Source: an uncultured virus (IMG/VR IMGVR_UViG_3300008261_000059)
Lineage: Duplodnaviria > Heunggongvirae > Uroviricota > Caudoviricetes
DNA length: 64,000 nucleotides
Reading direction: 5' to 3' (one strand)
IMG/VR virus record: IMGVR_UViG_3300008261_000059
Span: 1-64,000 of that record
In this document: in pieces, positions 21,001-33,000 of the stretch
Position numbering within the stretch: the first letter of the stretch is position 1
Layout of the letters: each line of letters starts with the position of its first letter
Notes under the pieces: generated by a model
Told to the model about the DNA's origin: nothing
The model's database searches: none
The model's input: only the letters and a program-made list of their open reading frames with translations
Program-made: the position numbers and the translations under genes

Positions 21001-22794
21001 AATTTTACCTGCGCCTGGTGTTCCAGTTAAGAATTTAATTCTATTTTTTGCTGGATTGTCAATAACAAAATCAGTATTTGATATCTGTGGAATATTATTA
21101 ATTAGTACAATTGGATTATTATTAACATCAATTGAACTTGTTAAAACTGTGTTGGTATTTGTATAAATTCCTACAATATCTTGATCATAATTCTGGAGGA
21201 AAAATTCTGTTGAAGAAGCACCAACAAATTTTGTCGATATGTCATCGAAAATCACATTTTTATCATTTGGAGTTCCTGGGTCAAACTTTCTTGTGAATGC
21301 TCTTCCAGAAAAACTAGACGTTATTTTAAGTCCTTCATATCCAGATGGTCCATATGGTGGTGTAGTGAAATGAATTTCATCTTTAGATATATTAAAATCA
21401 CCTCTAAGGATAGTAACAGCAGCACCAACTGTATGATAACCAACCCTAGAACCCAAGTACCCTCTTGTTACATTGAAGGCATTTGTAGAACCTATTCCGA
21501 TGGTATTAATTTTTAAATACTCAGAATCAATTTGGATTGTATCTAATGATGTGATTGATGAGATTCCCGAAAGATAGATTATGTCTGTGGTGACACCAAC
21601 TATTGAAACTAAAGATACAGATAAATCTCTCTTATATAAAGGACTTTGAATAATATTATCTACTGATATAATTGCACTAGCATTTGGATTATTAAATGTA
21701 AATGACTGATATCCTGTCCCATAAGAAATGATATCCAATTCATTTGATGTAGATAGTCCAGATACTTTATAATTATCATTGTCTATCTTAGAGACATACA
21801 ATGTTGATGGTAATTTATCTGTTCCTAAAACCTTCGGAGTTAAATATAAATCATCAGCAGGAGTTACACCACCAACTGAAGAACCTAAAATTTTGATTTT
21901 ATCTGTTAATGCATATCCAACACCACCATTTGCCACAGTGATGGAAGACACATCACCAAAAGAATTTCTAGATACATTAAATCTAGCACCAGAACCAAAT
22001 CCAATTATTGTTGAACTTGGGAGATTTGAATATGAACTTCCTGCTTGACCAACAATCCTAGTGTTAGCAACAGAGGAAACAGTAAATGATAAATCATTTG
22101 TCGGACTTGTTCCATTCATAAAGGTTCCAGAAATTGAAACCGTATCACCAACTGCATATCCTCTTCCACCTTCTCTCAAAACTAAAGATGTAGAAATAGG
22201 ATATCCAGTAGATGAGTTGTAAACAATGAAGACATTGAACTTTGCTCCAGTTCCAACCCCACTTGTTGAGTATGCTGGGAATGGGTCAAAAAATCCGTAG
22301 AATCTATTTTGATTGAGGGAAAAATCTGGAGTTATTGAAGCAGATGTTCCAACAATAGCAGTTGAGATAGCAACATTGTATCCATTCTCAAAAATTGAAG
22401 TCCCATTTCCACCTTCAACCTGCATGATGATTGAAGATTCCGTAGATGCTACAGACAAATATGGAGCAGTATCTGGTCCTTTTCTGACTATCAATGAACT
22501 TTCAACATATGATGTAGTCGCAATTCCAACTTGTGTCCCCAAATCTTCAGTTGTTGGAAAATATCCAGATCCAGAATTTAAAATAGCAACTCTTCTAATT
22601 GAACCATCAACAATTACTGGATAAAATAAACCTTCAACAAGAGGCACTTTTGTTCCAGATATTTCTATTTTTGGTGGGTCAGTTGATGCATAACCAGCAC
22701 CACCATTTAAAACATCTATAGATGAAACACCATACTCTGAATTAAAGTTAGGTCTTAAAACAGCACCTGAACCTGGAACTTCTCTTGTTGACAT
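18070..22794 (-). CDS. Baseplate wedge gp7-like protein (C-terminal part) with beta-propeller repeats
   Basis: IxIxNxGxGY repeats; FDDISTKF and FDDIAKYFTG..LFVFINDVLQEP modules; VVVGDSGTIIHSTNGNIW propeller repeats; lies directly upstream of gp8. Confidence 0.7.
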   Translation of the reverse strand: MSTREVPGSGAVLRPNFNSEYGVSSIDVLNGGAGYASTDPPKIEISGTKVPLVEGLFYPVIVDGSIRRVAILNSGSGYFPTTEDLGTQVGIATTSYVESSLIVRKGPDTAPYLSVASTESSIIMQVEGGNGTSIFENGYNVAISTAIVGTSASITPDFSLNQNRFYGFFDPFPAYSTSGVGTGAKFNVFIVYNSSTGYPISTSLVLREGGRGYAVGDTVSISGTFMNGTSPTNDLSFTVSSVANTRIVGQAGSSYSNLPSSTIIGFGSGARFNVSRNSFGDVSSITVANGGVGYALTDKIKILGSSVGGVTPADDLYLTPKVLGTDKLPSTLYVSKIDNDNYKVSGLSTSNELDIISYGTGYQSFTFNNPNASAIISVDNIIQSPLYKRDLSVSLVSIVGVTTDIIYLSGISSITSLDTIQIDSEYLKINTIGIGSTNAFNVTRGYLGSRVGYHTVGAAVTILRGDFNISKDEIHFTTPPYGPSGYEGLKITSSFSGRAFTRKFDPGTPNDKNVIFDDISTKFVGASSTEFFLQNYDQDIVGIYTNTNTVLTSSIDVNNNPIVLINNIPQISNTDFVIDNPAKNRIKFLTGTPGAGKIVRTGITTGYGYQPLVGAGATVTVSAAGTISAVTIKGFGSGYRTPPKIEILSNVGTGASLVAIIGTGGTITSISIVNPGTGYTTSPVPRVLIGIPSSYSDLPLEYISGSTGNGFGAKASVIVGNQGNVIGFDIEEPGLYYKVGDVLKVVGVTTNPSIGIGFSEFRITVEETLTDKFSGFYPGQFIQFDDIAKYFTGSKKKFTLTISQGGTTEVLSLKSDPSTDVQIENNLFVFINDVLQEPIKSYTFNGSRLTFTEAPKENSKCTILFFRGSDLDVEQIDPPKTIKEGDTIQIGENILDPGDRPQFERIVKKIVSSDALDTFTYDSIGINTDVTKERPLRWAKQTVDRIINGVLYSKSRPDLKSRITPNTKLIANVFSEDEKIYVNNAFPLFSEVDLLSENLRDVIIVDVNDIQPAISTAIVSSASTISSLSISYAGTGYNTLTNPIVAISSAFIQRKDPIYNWKGSNNGISSSYTLNKVVIGNPIVSVGSSGIVAISTNGIEWSQSSIGYGQTISFNSVSVAEPNRYYVVGEFAKIATSVGINTTLSAWTEIKLLEEQVVVGLPDPIINFSSYYNTFNDISYSSLRRTAVAVGDGIGLFTGVGIGTTAFFKKNPPVFTNLNGVANNDARFVVVGDSGTIIHSTNGNIWDRIVSLPTTRNFEKVIWTGTQFVAVGQNATIFVSTTGNTGWERIIPNISDDLINIKYEYGVYVALTGTNQLLFSLDLQYWTQRLTNQNNVVKDLAFIPAPLPPEIRPIGPIIAEEGRYLLVGTSGTTMYAEPIYNRATGVSTVSNGAVSSIRVVNPGFGYSQSTPPPVLLEGDDAVSEKIYSIKSKGDFGVITYVGVGATHIDFVLKSEQYDNVTLGIGYSSLNTFGVTNSQLEVNDYFVIYNSNSTVGHALTGITTSMGGMNNYPASRVGTATSYLDGVYRVGTVSPAVSGIVTVRCYFTTGPGNIPIQVDTNTNDAPDVYRTRGLK

Positions 22795-22799
22795 ATTTT

Positions 22800-23030
22800 T
22801 TACTTATTATAAACACCACGGGGGAATAATTGTCCTTTTGCTGGTCTTCTTCCTGTAAGATAACCAGGGGTAGATATGTCCTCATCTCTCAATGGAAGAT
22901 TACCAATAGAAATTGTTCCATTTGTCTCTGGAATTACAAATGGAGTTGTTGCCGAATCAAATGTATATTCAACATTTGCATCTGTTCCAGAAACTTGAGG
23001 ATCTAGTGAAATGAAAGTGAATTCAGGCAT
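22800..23030 (-). CDS. Small structural/fibre-associated protein
   Basis: C-terminal PGYLTGRRPAKGQLFPRGVYNK; translationally coupled to the upstream gene. Confidence 0.6.
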   Translation of the reverse strand: MPEFTFISLDPQVSGTDANVEYTFDSATTPFVIPETNGTISIGNLPLRDEDISTPGYLTGRRPAKGQLFPRGVYNK

Positions 23031-24913
23031 CAGACTACCCTCGCACAGAATAAAATACCAGTTGTCCTTACTGTCTGAATATAAGAACCATTAATTACCT
23101 TATAAACTTCAGATGGACTTACTGTAACAGTATCATTTTGTTGAATATTTACACCTGGTAAGTTGTAAGAAAATTCAATTAAAACAAAATCATCAGGGAT
23201 ATAATATGGAACTGGAACTAATTGTCCATTTATTGGTATTCCTTTAATTACAGCATTAAAATCTGCATTAGATGCTATTTGTCTGTTGCCATTATACCCA
23301 CCAGCACCTCTTTCTGGTGATTGAGATGCACTTCTATAATAGATTCTTTTACTTGAATTATTCGTAGAATAATAATATTCATTAGGATTATATGCAGCAG
23401 TAGAAACATACACATCCTCAGTATAAATGTTTGCATAATTAGAAGATGAATTTAGTGTGCTATATCCAAATTCTGCTGCTCTCTTTGACTGCCCACTGGC
23501 ATAGTCTGTGTCTATATTTCCTGCAGTCCAAGTTCTAAAGGTTATACTTGGTCTAAAATTTCCTGACCCAGATGGACCTGGAAGAACTTGAGTAAAACCA
23601 CTTATGAATAACTCATCCAAGTCCCATAAGTTTGGATTTTCAAAATTATGTAAAATAAAAGTCCCGTAAGTATTATCTGAAATTTTTTGACTAGAAAGAG
23701 TTGGTGCTTTATAAGATAATACTGAGAATGATGGGTCAAGACCTGAACGATAAATGTTTAAATCTAATTTATACCCAGTATTTGAACCAGTAATTATTTT
23801 ATTTCCACTATTTCCATTTTGAGATGAATATCTTCTCAAGTTATTAAGATTTTCAAAAGTACTATAGAAATCTGTTGGTCTTGTTTGGTTATCAAGTTTT
23901 TCTGATCCAACCCATCTTCTAGAATATGACATTCCACCAAAAGTCAAAGATCCAGCAGCATATGGATGGAATCCACTTCCTGCACCTAAAATTAAATTAT
24001 AATCATCATAAATTAAAAACATCCTATATGTTGTTCCATATTTTTTATTTGGATTTATTGGTTGTTTTAATATAGCACCACTATTGTATCCACTTGATGA
24101 AAGTTGCTTATAGTAAAATGAACTTGTTGTTCCATATCCAATTGGATTTACATCTCCAGTATTTGCTGGGAGAACAACAATGGTGCCTCCATTTATACCA
24201 GAACTAGTATTATCTTCAATATAATACGTTCCTGCCTGACCAGGAAGAGGTGACCAAGTTAAACTAAAACCATTATTAATATTATATGGTGCATTAAACG
24301 CAAGAGAATGTATAGCATAAGCATAACCAGGAGTAGTTGTTTTTGCAATTCCTAGAGTATAACCATAACTATTAGTAAGTGTTAAAGTATCTCCTTCTCT
24401 AATGGTTATGGTTGTATTGGCACCACCAACCGTACCATTTCTATCTTGTCCATTTATAATAAAATTATTACTAGAAATATTGGAAAATGTACATGCATAT
24501 GATACGTTTCCAGTTACAGTTGCTGCTATTGCTACTTTAACTTGGAAATTAACAGCTCCATTTGCTGCACCACCAATATCTGCTGCAGGTACTGTTACTA
24601 TTTCTCCCCCAGTATATCCATATCCTGGTCTATTTACATTGATATTGATAATTATTCCAGAACTTCTATAAACATCTAATGTGAGACCAGTTCCTATTCC
24701 AGATTCCGATGTTGTGGGAACATCAAAGTAATCATCATTGGTTGTACCAACAGTTCCACCAATACCAGCAGTAAATGTTGTAACTCCAACAACAAGACCA
24801 CTATCAGTCCCGCCATGAAGATCCAACCAATCAAAAGCACTTTCTAGTTGATCGATTAAACTACTGGATGCCCATCCAGGATTTACAGAAATTGTTGTAG
24901 TTGTAATTGCCAT
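23030..24913 (-). CDS. Virion structural protein (fibre/receptor-binding associated)
   Basis: 627 aa, G/T/N-rich; C-terminal PVPYYIPDDFVLI...GILFCARVV; in the cassette between the gp7-like genes. Confidence 0.6.
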   Translation of the reverse strand: MAITTTTISVNPGWASSSLIDQLESAFDWLDLHGGTDSGLVVGVTTFTAGIGGTVGTTNDDYFDVPTTSESGIGTGLTLDVYRSSGIIININVNRPGYGYTGGEIVTVPAADIGGAANGAVNFQVKVAIAATVTGNVSYACTFSNISSNNFIINGQDRNGTVGGANTTITIREGDTLTLTNSYGYTLGIAKTTTPGYAYAIHSLAFNAPYNINNGFSLTWSPLPGQAGTYYIEDNTSSGINGGTIVVLPANTGDVNPIGYGTTSSFYYKQLSSSGYNSGAILKQPINPNKKYGTTYRMFLIYDDYNLILGAGSGFHPYAAGSLTFGGMSYSRRWVGSEKLDNQTRPTDFYSTFENLNNLRRYSSQNGNSGNKIITGSNTGYKLDLNIYRSGLDPSFSVLSYKAPTLSSQKISDNTYGTFILHNFENPNLWDLDELFISGFTQVLPGPSGSGNFRPSITFRTWTAGNIDTDYASGQSKRAAEFGYSTLNSSSNYANIYTEDVYVSTAAYNPNEYYYSTNNSSKRIYYRSASQSPERGAGGYNGNRQIASNADFNAVIKGIPINGQLVPVPYYIPDDFVLIEFSYNLPGVNIQQNDTVTVSPSEVYKVINGSYIQTVRTTGILFCARVV

Positions 24914-24919
24914 TTAAAC

Positions 24920-27033
24920 TTATGCCTCCAGTTGAAGAATGGTTAAATCTGCTGTAATGGATTGGGTAGTTCCCGATAAATTTTTAATTGATGCGTAAAT
25001 TGATTTGAATCCAGCAATATTTGTATTGCCAATACCGTTATTAGCAATTGATGTTGTTACACCAGTAACTACAACTCTTGATTGTAATGAACCACCAGAT
25101 GAGGTTACAGTAACAACTCCAGCAGAAACTGGTGAGACATCTAATCCTGAACCAAAATTAATTGTTCCTGCAGTACCTACTATTGCATTATCATCTTTAA
25201 TTTCAATACCAGTTCCAGATGCTATAACACCAAACAATGCACTTCCATCAAGAGCAGGAAGTGCTCCCACCAAAGATCCCGAATTAAGATTGGTTAGATT
25301 TGCTCCAGAACCAGAGAATGATGCTGCTGTAATAAAACCAACAGTGTTAATATTAATTGTTGTTGAAACTGCACTAGATATTCCAGCAGTAGTTGCATAT
25401 CCAGCAGTTCCTGATGCCGTAGATACTCCAGCAGTTATTGCATAATTAGAAGTTACAGATACTGTCGATATTCCAGCAGTTGCTGAATAAGTTGCAACAC
25501 CAGCAACATTTGCATATGTTGCAAGTCCACTTCCAGATACTGTAGCAATACCAGAAGCAAATGAAACACTTAGATTAGAACCAAAGTTAATTGTTCCTGC
25601 AGTTCCAACTGGAGTTGCATCGTCTTCAATAATAACTCCACTACCACTACCAACAACTCCAATCAGTGCAGAACCGTCAATTGCAGGTAATGTTCCAGTT
25701 AGTTGTCCAGCATTCAGTGTTCCATAGAAACTTGTAGCAGATACGATACCAGCAACTGTGAGTGCTTCTGTAACTACTGTAGTCTTAATACCAACGTTTC
25801 CAGATGAATTGGCATAGAGTTTAATATTGCCTTCACCATCGGAAAGAACAACATTATTTGAAGATGTTCTGATATCTAAACTAGTATTATTTCCATCATA
25901 AGAACCTAAGATTACATTATAATTTCCAGTTGTTATTTCTTTTCCTGCTCTATCACCAATCCAAGTTTTGCAAAAGTATGTATTCCCGCACTATTTGTTA
26001 CCCAAGAAGAATCTGAATTAACATCAATTCTAACTGCACCAGATGAGGTTGAAATGCTAACATTAGAACCAGCAATAAGTGATGTTACAATATTTGTTAG
26101 ATTACTTCCAGATCCACTAAAACTTGTTGCTGTAACAATACCACTTACTCTTAAATTATTTGCTGTTACAATTCCAGAAACTCCAAGGTCACCAGTTACA
26201 TTGACTCCATTAGCAAGAGTTTGTAGTTTTCTACTACCATTATAGTATAAAAGGGCACCTTCACCAGCAACAGCAGCAAAAACGTTGTTGACTCCATCAC
26301 CAATTCTAATTGATGAGGATGTATCAATTCTCAAATCAACTGCATCATAATAAATTGAAGCATCAATTTGACCACCAGAACCCATTAAAAGTCTTCTTCC
26401 ATCGTTCATCTGTATTCCACCAGATGAACCAGTAATACTTAATATTCCATTATTTAAATGTAATGCTGATATTGGTGCATTTGTGTTTATACCAACTCTT
26501 GATGATGTTACAATACCACTAGCAACTGTTGTCCACTGAGTTGAAACAGCACTTTGAGCAGTTGAATTTATTGTTACTGTTCCCCCAGTTCTTGCTACAG
26601 AGACATTAGAACCAGCAAGAATACTTGTAATAACTCCAGTTAGATTAACTCCAGATCCATTATAAGAATTTGCTGTTACAACACCAACTGTAATATCTGG
26701 GATTGATGAAAAATTTCCAGCAAAAAGAGCAACGGTTGCAATCCCAGCATTTGTTGCGTAAGAAGATAATGAAGAAAGACCAGAAATGACAGAATAAGAT
26801 GAGATTCCTGCAGTTACTGCAAAAGTTGCAATCCCAGCAGTAGATGCATAACCAGATAATGTAGATATACCAGCAGTTCTTGCAAAACCAATAGAATTGG
26901 TTATTGTAGTTCCATTTCCAATGGCATTATAAATTTCATTAAAATTACTATTAATTTTAATGGCACCCTGTAATATGGAATCTCCAGTACCATCATTTGG
27001 AGCGGAACCTGTATTTATTCCTAATTTCGCCAT
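24920..27033 (-). pseudogene. Tail fibre-like gene interrupted by a -1 frameshift near 25966
   Basis: ORF MAKLGINTGSAPNDGTGD (gp9/gp10-like N-terminus) stops at 25933, but the -1 frame is open from about 25990 to 24920 and reads as fibre sequence (IGDRAGKEITTGNY...LPAIDGSALIG...LTILQLEA). Confidence 0.7.
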
Positions 27034-27054
27034 TATACACTAGATGTTTATTTT

Positions 27055-27061
27055 TATTTAT
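27055..27061 (-). promoter_or_regulatory. T4-type late promoter (ATAAATA)
   Basis: tatttat 22 nt upstream of the ATG at 27033. Confidence 0.55.
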
Positions 27062-27064
27062 CGT

Positions 27065-30000
27065 TTAATTGGAAGACATCTTTATGGTGCTTGAATCAAA
27101 ACTAACAATAGGACTATCAAAATATGATGAAATACCAGGATAACTAAATCCAGCATCAAAAATTGTATTTACTCCAACGTTGGCAGTACCATCTGCCTTA
27201 ACAACACTGTAGAAAAGTTTTTGTCCAGATTGGAAATTATTATTTCTTAACTTAAATTTATTGTTGGATAAATCAATTATAGAAGAATCATTTCCTTGGA
27301 ATTCTCTATAGAATAGTGGTGTACCTCTATTTTTTAATTTAAAAGTTGTCAATCCAACTATTTGTCCACCAGTTGTAGTTGTAAAACCAGTAAATTGTCC
27401 ACTAATATCATCAATAGGGACAACTTTATTTGTTTTACTCAAAATATATGATTTTAAACTTACCCCTGTTGGGAAAAAGACTCTTTCTATAGACCCATCT
27501 GGAAGAAGTTCATCTTCAGTCACCATACTAAAATTATAACGATTATACATCGATTCAACACTATCAACATTGATTAAAACGTTTAGTGATGAATCACCAA
27601 CTCCAACTTTCATATTGTTGGATGCTTTTCCTATAATGTCTAAATCGGAGAACTCCTTAAATCCTGCAGGGTGAACTAATGACCTAATAGGTTCTTTCCA
27701 ATCTGTGTATGGAATTTGTGATTTAATCGAATAAGAGAATTTTTGATAGTAATCATTGTCTGAAATTCTCTGTTGAAAATCATTCAGATAACCAATTTTA
27801 TCTGTAAAATCATTAATTTTATCTCTAGTTACATTAAGAGATGAAATTAAATTAAATTGATTTACATTTTCGACTATTCCATTTAGCAATGACCTAGTTC
27901 CAAGTAATCTATTCCCTACTTCTAATTCACCTTTTGAATCAATAAGTCTTAATTGATTTATGTCATTATCCCATCCACTTTCCATGACAACTGCAGAAAA
28001 TACTGCAATACCATTAGAATCATATCCAACAACGTTTTCTCCAGAATAGTAACCCAAATCATCAATCAATTTCATTTCAAATTTTGCCATAACATTTTCG
28101 TTTATGACATAACCATAATTATTATCTGTAGTATATTCACCGAGATTATTTGATATCCCGTTCATACTATAGGTTATGGTAAAGTTTGTAGTGCTTATAC
28201 CAGTAATAGTAAAGAATTTATAACTATGATTTGCAGAATTATAGTTATTCTTTTGATTTCCATCTGTTATTCTGCAGTTTTCTACAAAAATCTTATCTCC
28301 GACTTTGAATGGGAATACTGTTTCTTGATTTCCATATTGATTTGCAATTAATGGGTATAATTGATTATCACTATTGACAAGTTCTAATGTAACTTCATTA
28401 GTTGATGGATTGTAAACAATATCATCAATATCATAACCATTAGAGTTTCTAGTTGGGATGACGGATAGAGGGGCACTCATATTGGTGACATTCTCTAAAA
28501 TATCCACAGAAGTGACTGTACCACCCTGTATATTTGCTTTTAATTTAATGTTGTCATTACCTACTACTTTAAGTACTGGAGCAGTGTTATATCCCTTTCC
28601 TCCAGTAGTAATGCCAATATAATCGACTCTTGATATATTTTTTATTTGACATACTGTTGGAACACTCAATACGGGTTTTAAAGTTGGATCGGTAGGATAA
28701 TCAAATCCATCTTTAATTCTTTCAATATAATCAATTTTTCCAATGGAATTAGAGAATGCCTTTAGAATTGCATCCTTTCCTGATACTGAAGTTATTGAAG
28801 AAATTCTAGGAACTTTTTTGTATCCTTTTCCTCCAAAATTTAATTTTATATTTGATATTGGACCACTTGTATTTTTAGAATCTGTATCATAGAATATAGT
28901 GGTTATGCCAGAATTTGCATTGTATGAAAAGTATTCTGGTTTTTGATTTAAAATAAATTTAAATGAAGTGCTTCCAGTAGAAACTACAGAATAACTTTGA
29001 TTATAGATACTTGGATTTAATGATATTTTATTGTAACCAATTACTTCTTTATCAATTGAGATTTGATACTTTTCAAGAACACTAGGTGATAGTGGTATTA
29101 AATTATAAAATAGAGTATTTGTGATACTCTTATCTGTTGTATCTATTCTCAACTTAGCACCAGAAACTCCAGCATCAATTGCATTTCTAGTGTATTTGTA
29201 TGATTCAACCTCAATTAAGATATTGCCATCTTTGTATAATTTAAGATCCATTCCACTTAAAGAAGAATCGGATAAATCAAATTCAATAATATTACCTTTT
29301 GTTGATGCTAATGGTGGATTTACAAGAGCAATTGATTGTACTCCACTTCCTTGAGATGTTAATGATATGCTCACTCCAGATTTTGAACTATCATAGTAAT
29401 TTGATAATTTGATATAATCTGGTTTTTGCTTAATTATGTAATATGTCTCATTAGTCTGCAATCCACCAATTGTTGTATTCCCATCATTATAATATACAAT
29501 TTTATCTCCAGTAACATAATTATTTCCTGGCAAATATATTTCAGAAGTTTCTGTGCTAATTGCTACAGAAGTATTGAAAGACTTAACTTCTGTTGTAATT
29601 TTCCTGATATTTGTATCATATCTAAGTTTAAATGTGTCAACCAATCTTGGTAGAAGGTTAAACGTAATTTCATCAGAATTTCCTAGTCCATGAGTTTCTG
29701 TTGTTTCTACATTCAAACTGAAATTTTCTACCTTTCCAATGACTTTTTCATATGTTGTTGTCAACGAATGTGCAAGTCCAGTTACAGAAATATCGTCAAA
29801 GAAATATAATGAACTTAATGATGATCCAATTCCAGTTGAAGTGGTATAACCAACAGTAGATAAACCAATATAATCTTGACCTCTATTTACAATGTAAATA
29901 TTCTGATTATCTTGTAAAGTAAATGCATCTGCCTGAGTGATTGTATTTGAAACAATCATTCCAGTTCCAGCAAATCCAACATTATACTTTACTAATTGTC

Positions 30001-33000
30001 CAGTATAAAAATTGTGATTTTTGATATAAATTGATCTATCAGGAACATTTAGATTTGTTTGGTCTGATAAAGTATAATTTTCTCCTGTCGAACCAAATCC
30101 AACAAAAGTTTTTGGACTAAAATATACAACATCGTTTTTCTTTATTGGATATTTTTGGTCAGCAACAGAGAATGTAAACTTTCTTGGTAGTAATTTTACC
30201 GAATCAATGCCTACTGTATGGACACCAGCATTTTGTAATCTATTTACAGTCAGTTCTGATTTCTCTACTGAAATATTAGTTATCTTCAATATTTCAGATC
30301 CAATAGAAACAAAGTCATCAACTTCAAATCCCGAAACATCATTGACTATAATGGAAGTAGTTTCTCCACTGACAACTAAGATTGGAATATTAGTAGACAA
30401 ACCAACTGTTTTTTGAGAAACAAAAATATCTTTTATTCCTTCAAAATATGAATAATTTGAATTTGAAATTGCAGATATTGTAATTTTATCTCCAGTTATT
30501 AGTTGATGTGGTTCTTGTGTAACACCAACAACATTATTTCCGTAAGTATAAAAACTCACATCTAAGGAAGTTTTTATACCAACAACTATGCTTTTTATTG
30601 GTTTTCCTTTGATTCTAGATACAGCAGCAGATGCTCCAGATCCACTAGTATTACGATTGTCAAATACTACGTTATCACCAACCTTATATCCACTTCCATC
30701 AGAGTATATCTGAACTCCATCTATAGATGAGGAAAGTGTTTTTGTTACAGTAAATTCTTGTTTGTATTTTTTATCTGTATTGCTAATTAAATCATAGTTA
30801 GAATTTCCAGAATTGATATAATATGGTCCAATGTTTCTGATTAGATTTAAACTTTCCAAATCAATATCTTGATTGAATATTGAAGCATAATTTTCAGGAA
30901 TTACATAATCTCTGAAATAATTTCCAATCATGTATGGAAATTCTGGTATTGAAATAGCACTATTATCAATGGTTGCAAAATATGCATAAATTCCATCTGG
31001 ATAATCTGGAGTTTTGCAGAATCTTCCATTATGTTCATCCAAATCACCAATTGCCCTGTCATAATAAAAATCTTGAGTAAAGAAACCATCAGGTAGGTTT
31101 GGTCTGATATTTTTATCTGGTTCTACTCTTTTTGTATAACTAGACCTTATTTTTCTGATTTCGGAACCAACTTGTCCGTATGGTCCATAAATTGGATTTC
31201 CATCATATGCCCATCCAATGATTGGTGAATGGATATTGTTTGGTGTTTCCCTATTAGAACTATCGAGATGGTCTTTAATGGACTTTCTAAGAAGTCTTGG
31301 TGGATAGAAATTTACTACTTGCAATCCAAGGTCTTTGTTTTTACTTGGAACAATAAATGCCTGATCCTGTATTTCGAGTAACTTCTTATTTTTTTCTACC
31401 TGGTTTATTTTCCACTCAAATACATCACCAATGAATTTGGCATCAGAACCTCTTCTTTTGATTGTAATTGATGTGGTATCTTTGTCATATCCAATACCAC
31501 CATTTGCAATATTTACTGCAACAAGTCTGCCATTTTCTATGACAGGTCTTATATCTGCAAAACTTCCTTTTCCATTCACAATAATATCAATTCCTTTATC
31601 ATAACCAGAACCATAACTCAAGAATTGAATGTCAACTATAGTTCCATTCAAAACTATTGGTTTTAAAAGTGCTTCTGATATAATTGGTTTTACTCTAATA
31701 TCTGGTCTTCTATGGAAGTTTACTATATTGGAAACTCCATATCCGACACCACTATCCTCTATGAAAATGCTATCAATTGAACCCAAAACAATAGGTTCAA
31801 ATTGTGGTTCAATTATACTTGTTGCTCCTATTCCAGATAAAGTCTCAACAACAAGTCTAATTGGTGGATAAGAAAATGTATGAGTGCCAGTTCCTAAAGA
31901 ATTGAACCTTATATATCTTTTATTTTCATAATTAACATCATAAAATTGTGTGCCAACACCAATAGTAGACAACTTAAATTTATTATTGTCAACTACTGTC
32001 ACTACATATTCTGAAGATGTCGATAAACCACTTATAGATGTTCCTGTTGTTGAATATCTTAGAATATCTTTATCTTTAAGACCATGATTTTTAGCAAATA
32101 CATAGTGATCAAATGTATTCACACCATTTGCTTTTTCATCAAATGCCAATATTGATGGAATCTTAATGATTCTGTTTGAATAACCAGATCCAGAATTTTT
32201 TACACGAATTTCGGTAATAGTATTTTTTGATTTTAATGTTATGAAAGAGTGGAATCCAGAACTAATACCAACTAAATTTACCTCATTAGTTTTTCTATAT
32301 GCATCTTCCAACCTTTCATATAATCTAATCTGGGTAGGACTTATTACTCCAGCATAATAATTTGAATTTGTTTTTAATGGGAAAATTTCAGCATTAAAGT
32401 TGGCATTATATGAGATTTCCTCTCCATCATCAAAATTATGATTTTGGGAAAAGATAATAGTATTTGTTGTTGGATTTACTCCAGAACCATCACCCTTGAA
32501 ACCTGCATTAATTTTGGATTTTACTAGATTTGGTTCTACTACTGCTCCAGAACCATTTCCACCAACTAAAGTGATTTTTGGTTTTATTTGGTAACCTACA
32601 CCTGGAGTTACAATTTTTACTTCAGAAAGACCACCAACAATATTAGCATATCCTTTAGCATTTCTTCCAGAAACATCAGTTATTTCTATTTCTGGGGGAT
32701 TGATTATATCGTAACCTTTACCTGGATTAGTTACTGTTATGCCGTCTAATTTACCATAGTAAATATTCTCATCAAATAGAGTTGGTGAATAAATTTCAAC
32801 ACCGTTGATTAAAATACCTACTTGTCTGTTATTTGTTGTTCTATCTGCAACCTGCTTTAGTGTACTATCACCTTTTACATAATTAAATTTTTTGAATAAT
32901 TTTTGATTTTCTACTACTTTATTTTCGTAATCTAATTTTACAAAAGAATCAGATACTATATTTCTGTCAAATTTGATATAAACACTCGAATATAAATCAC

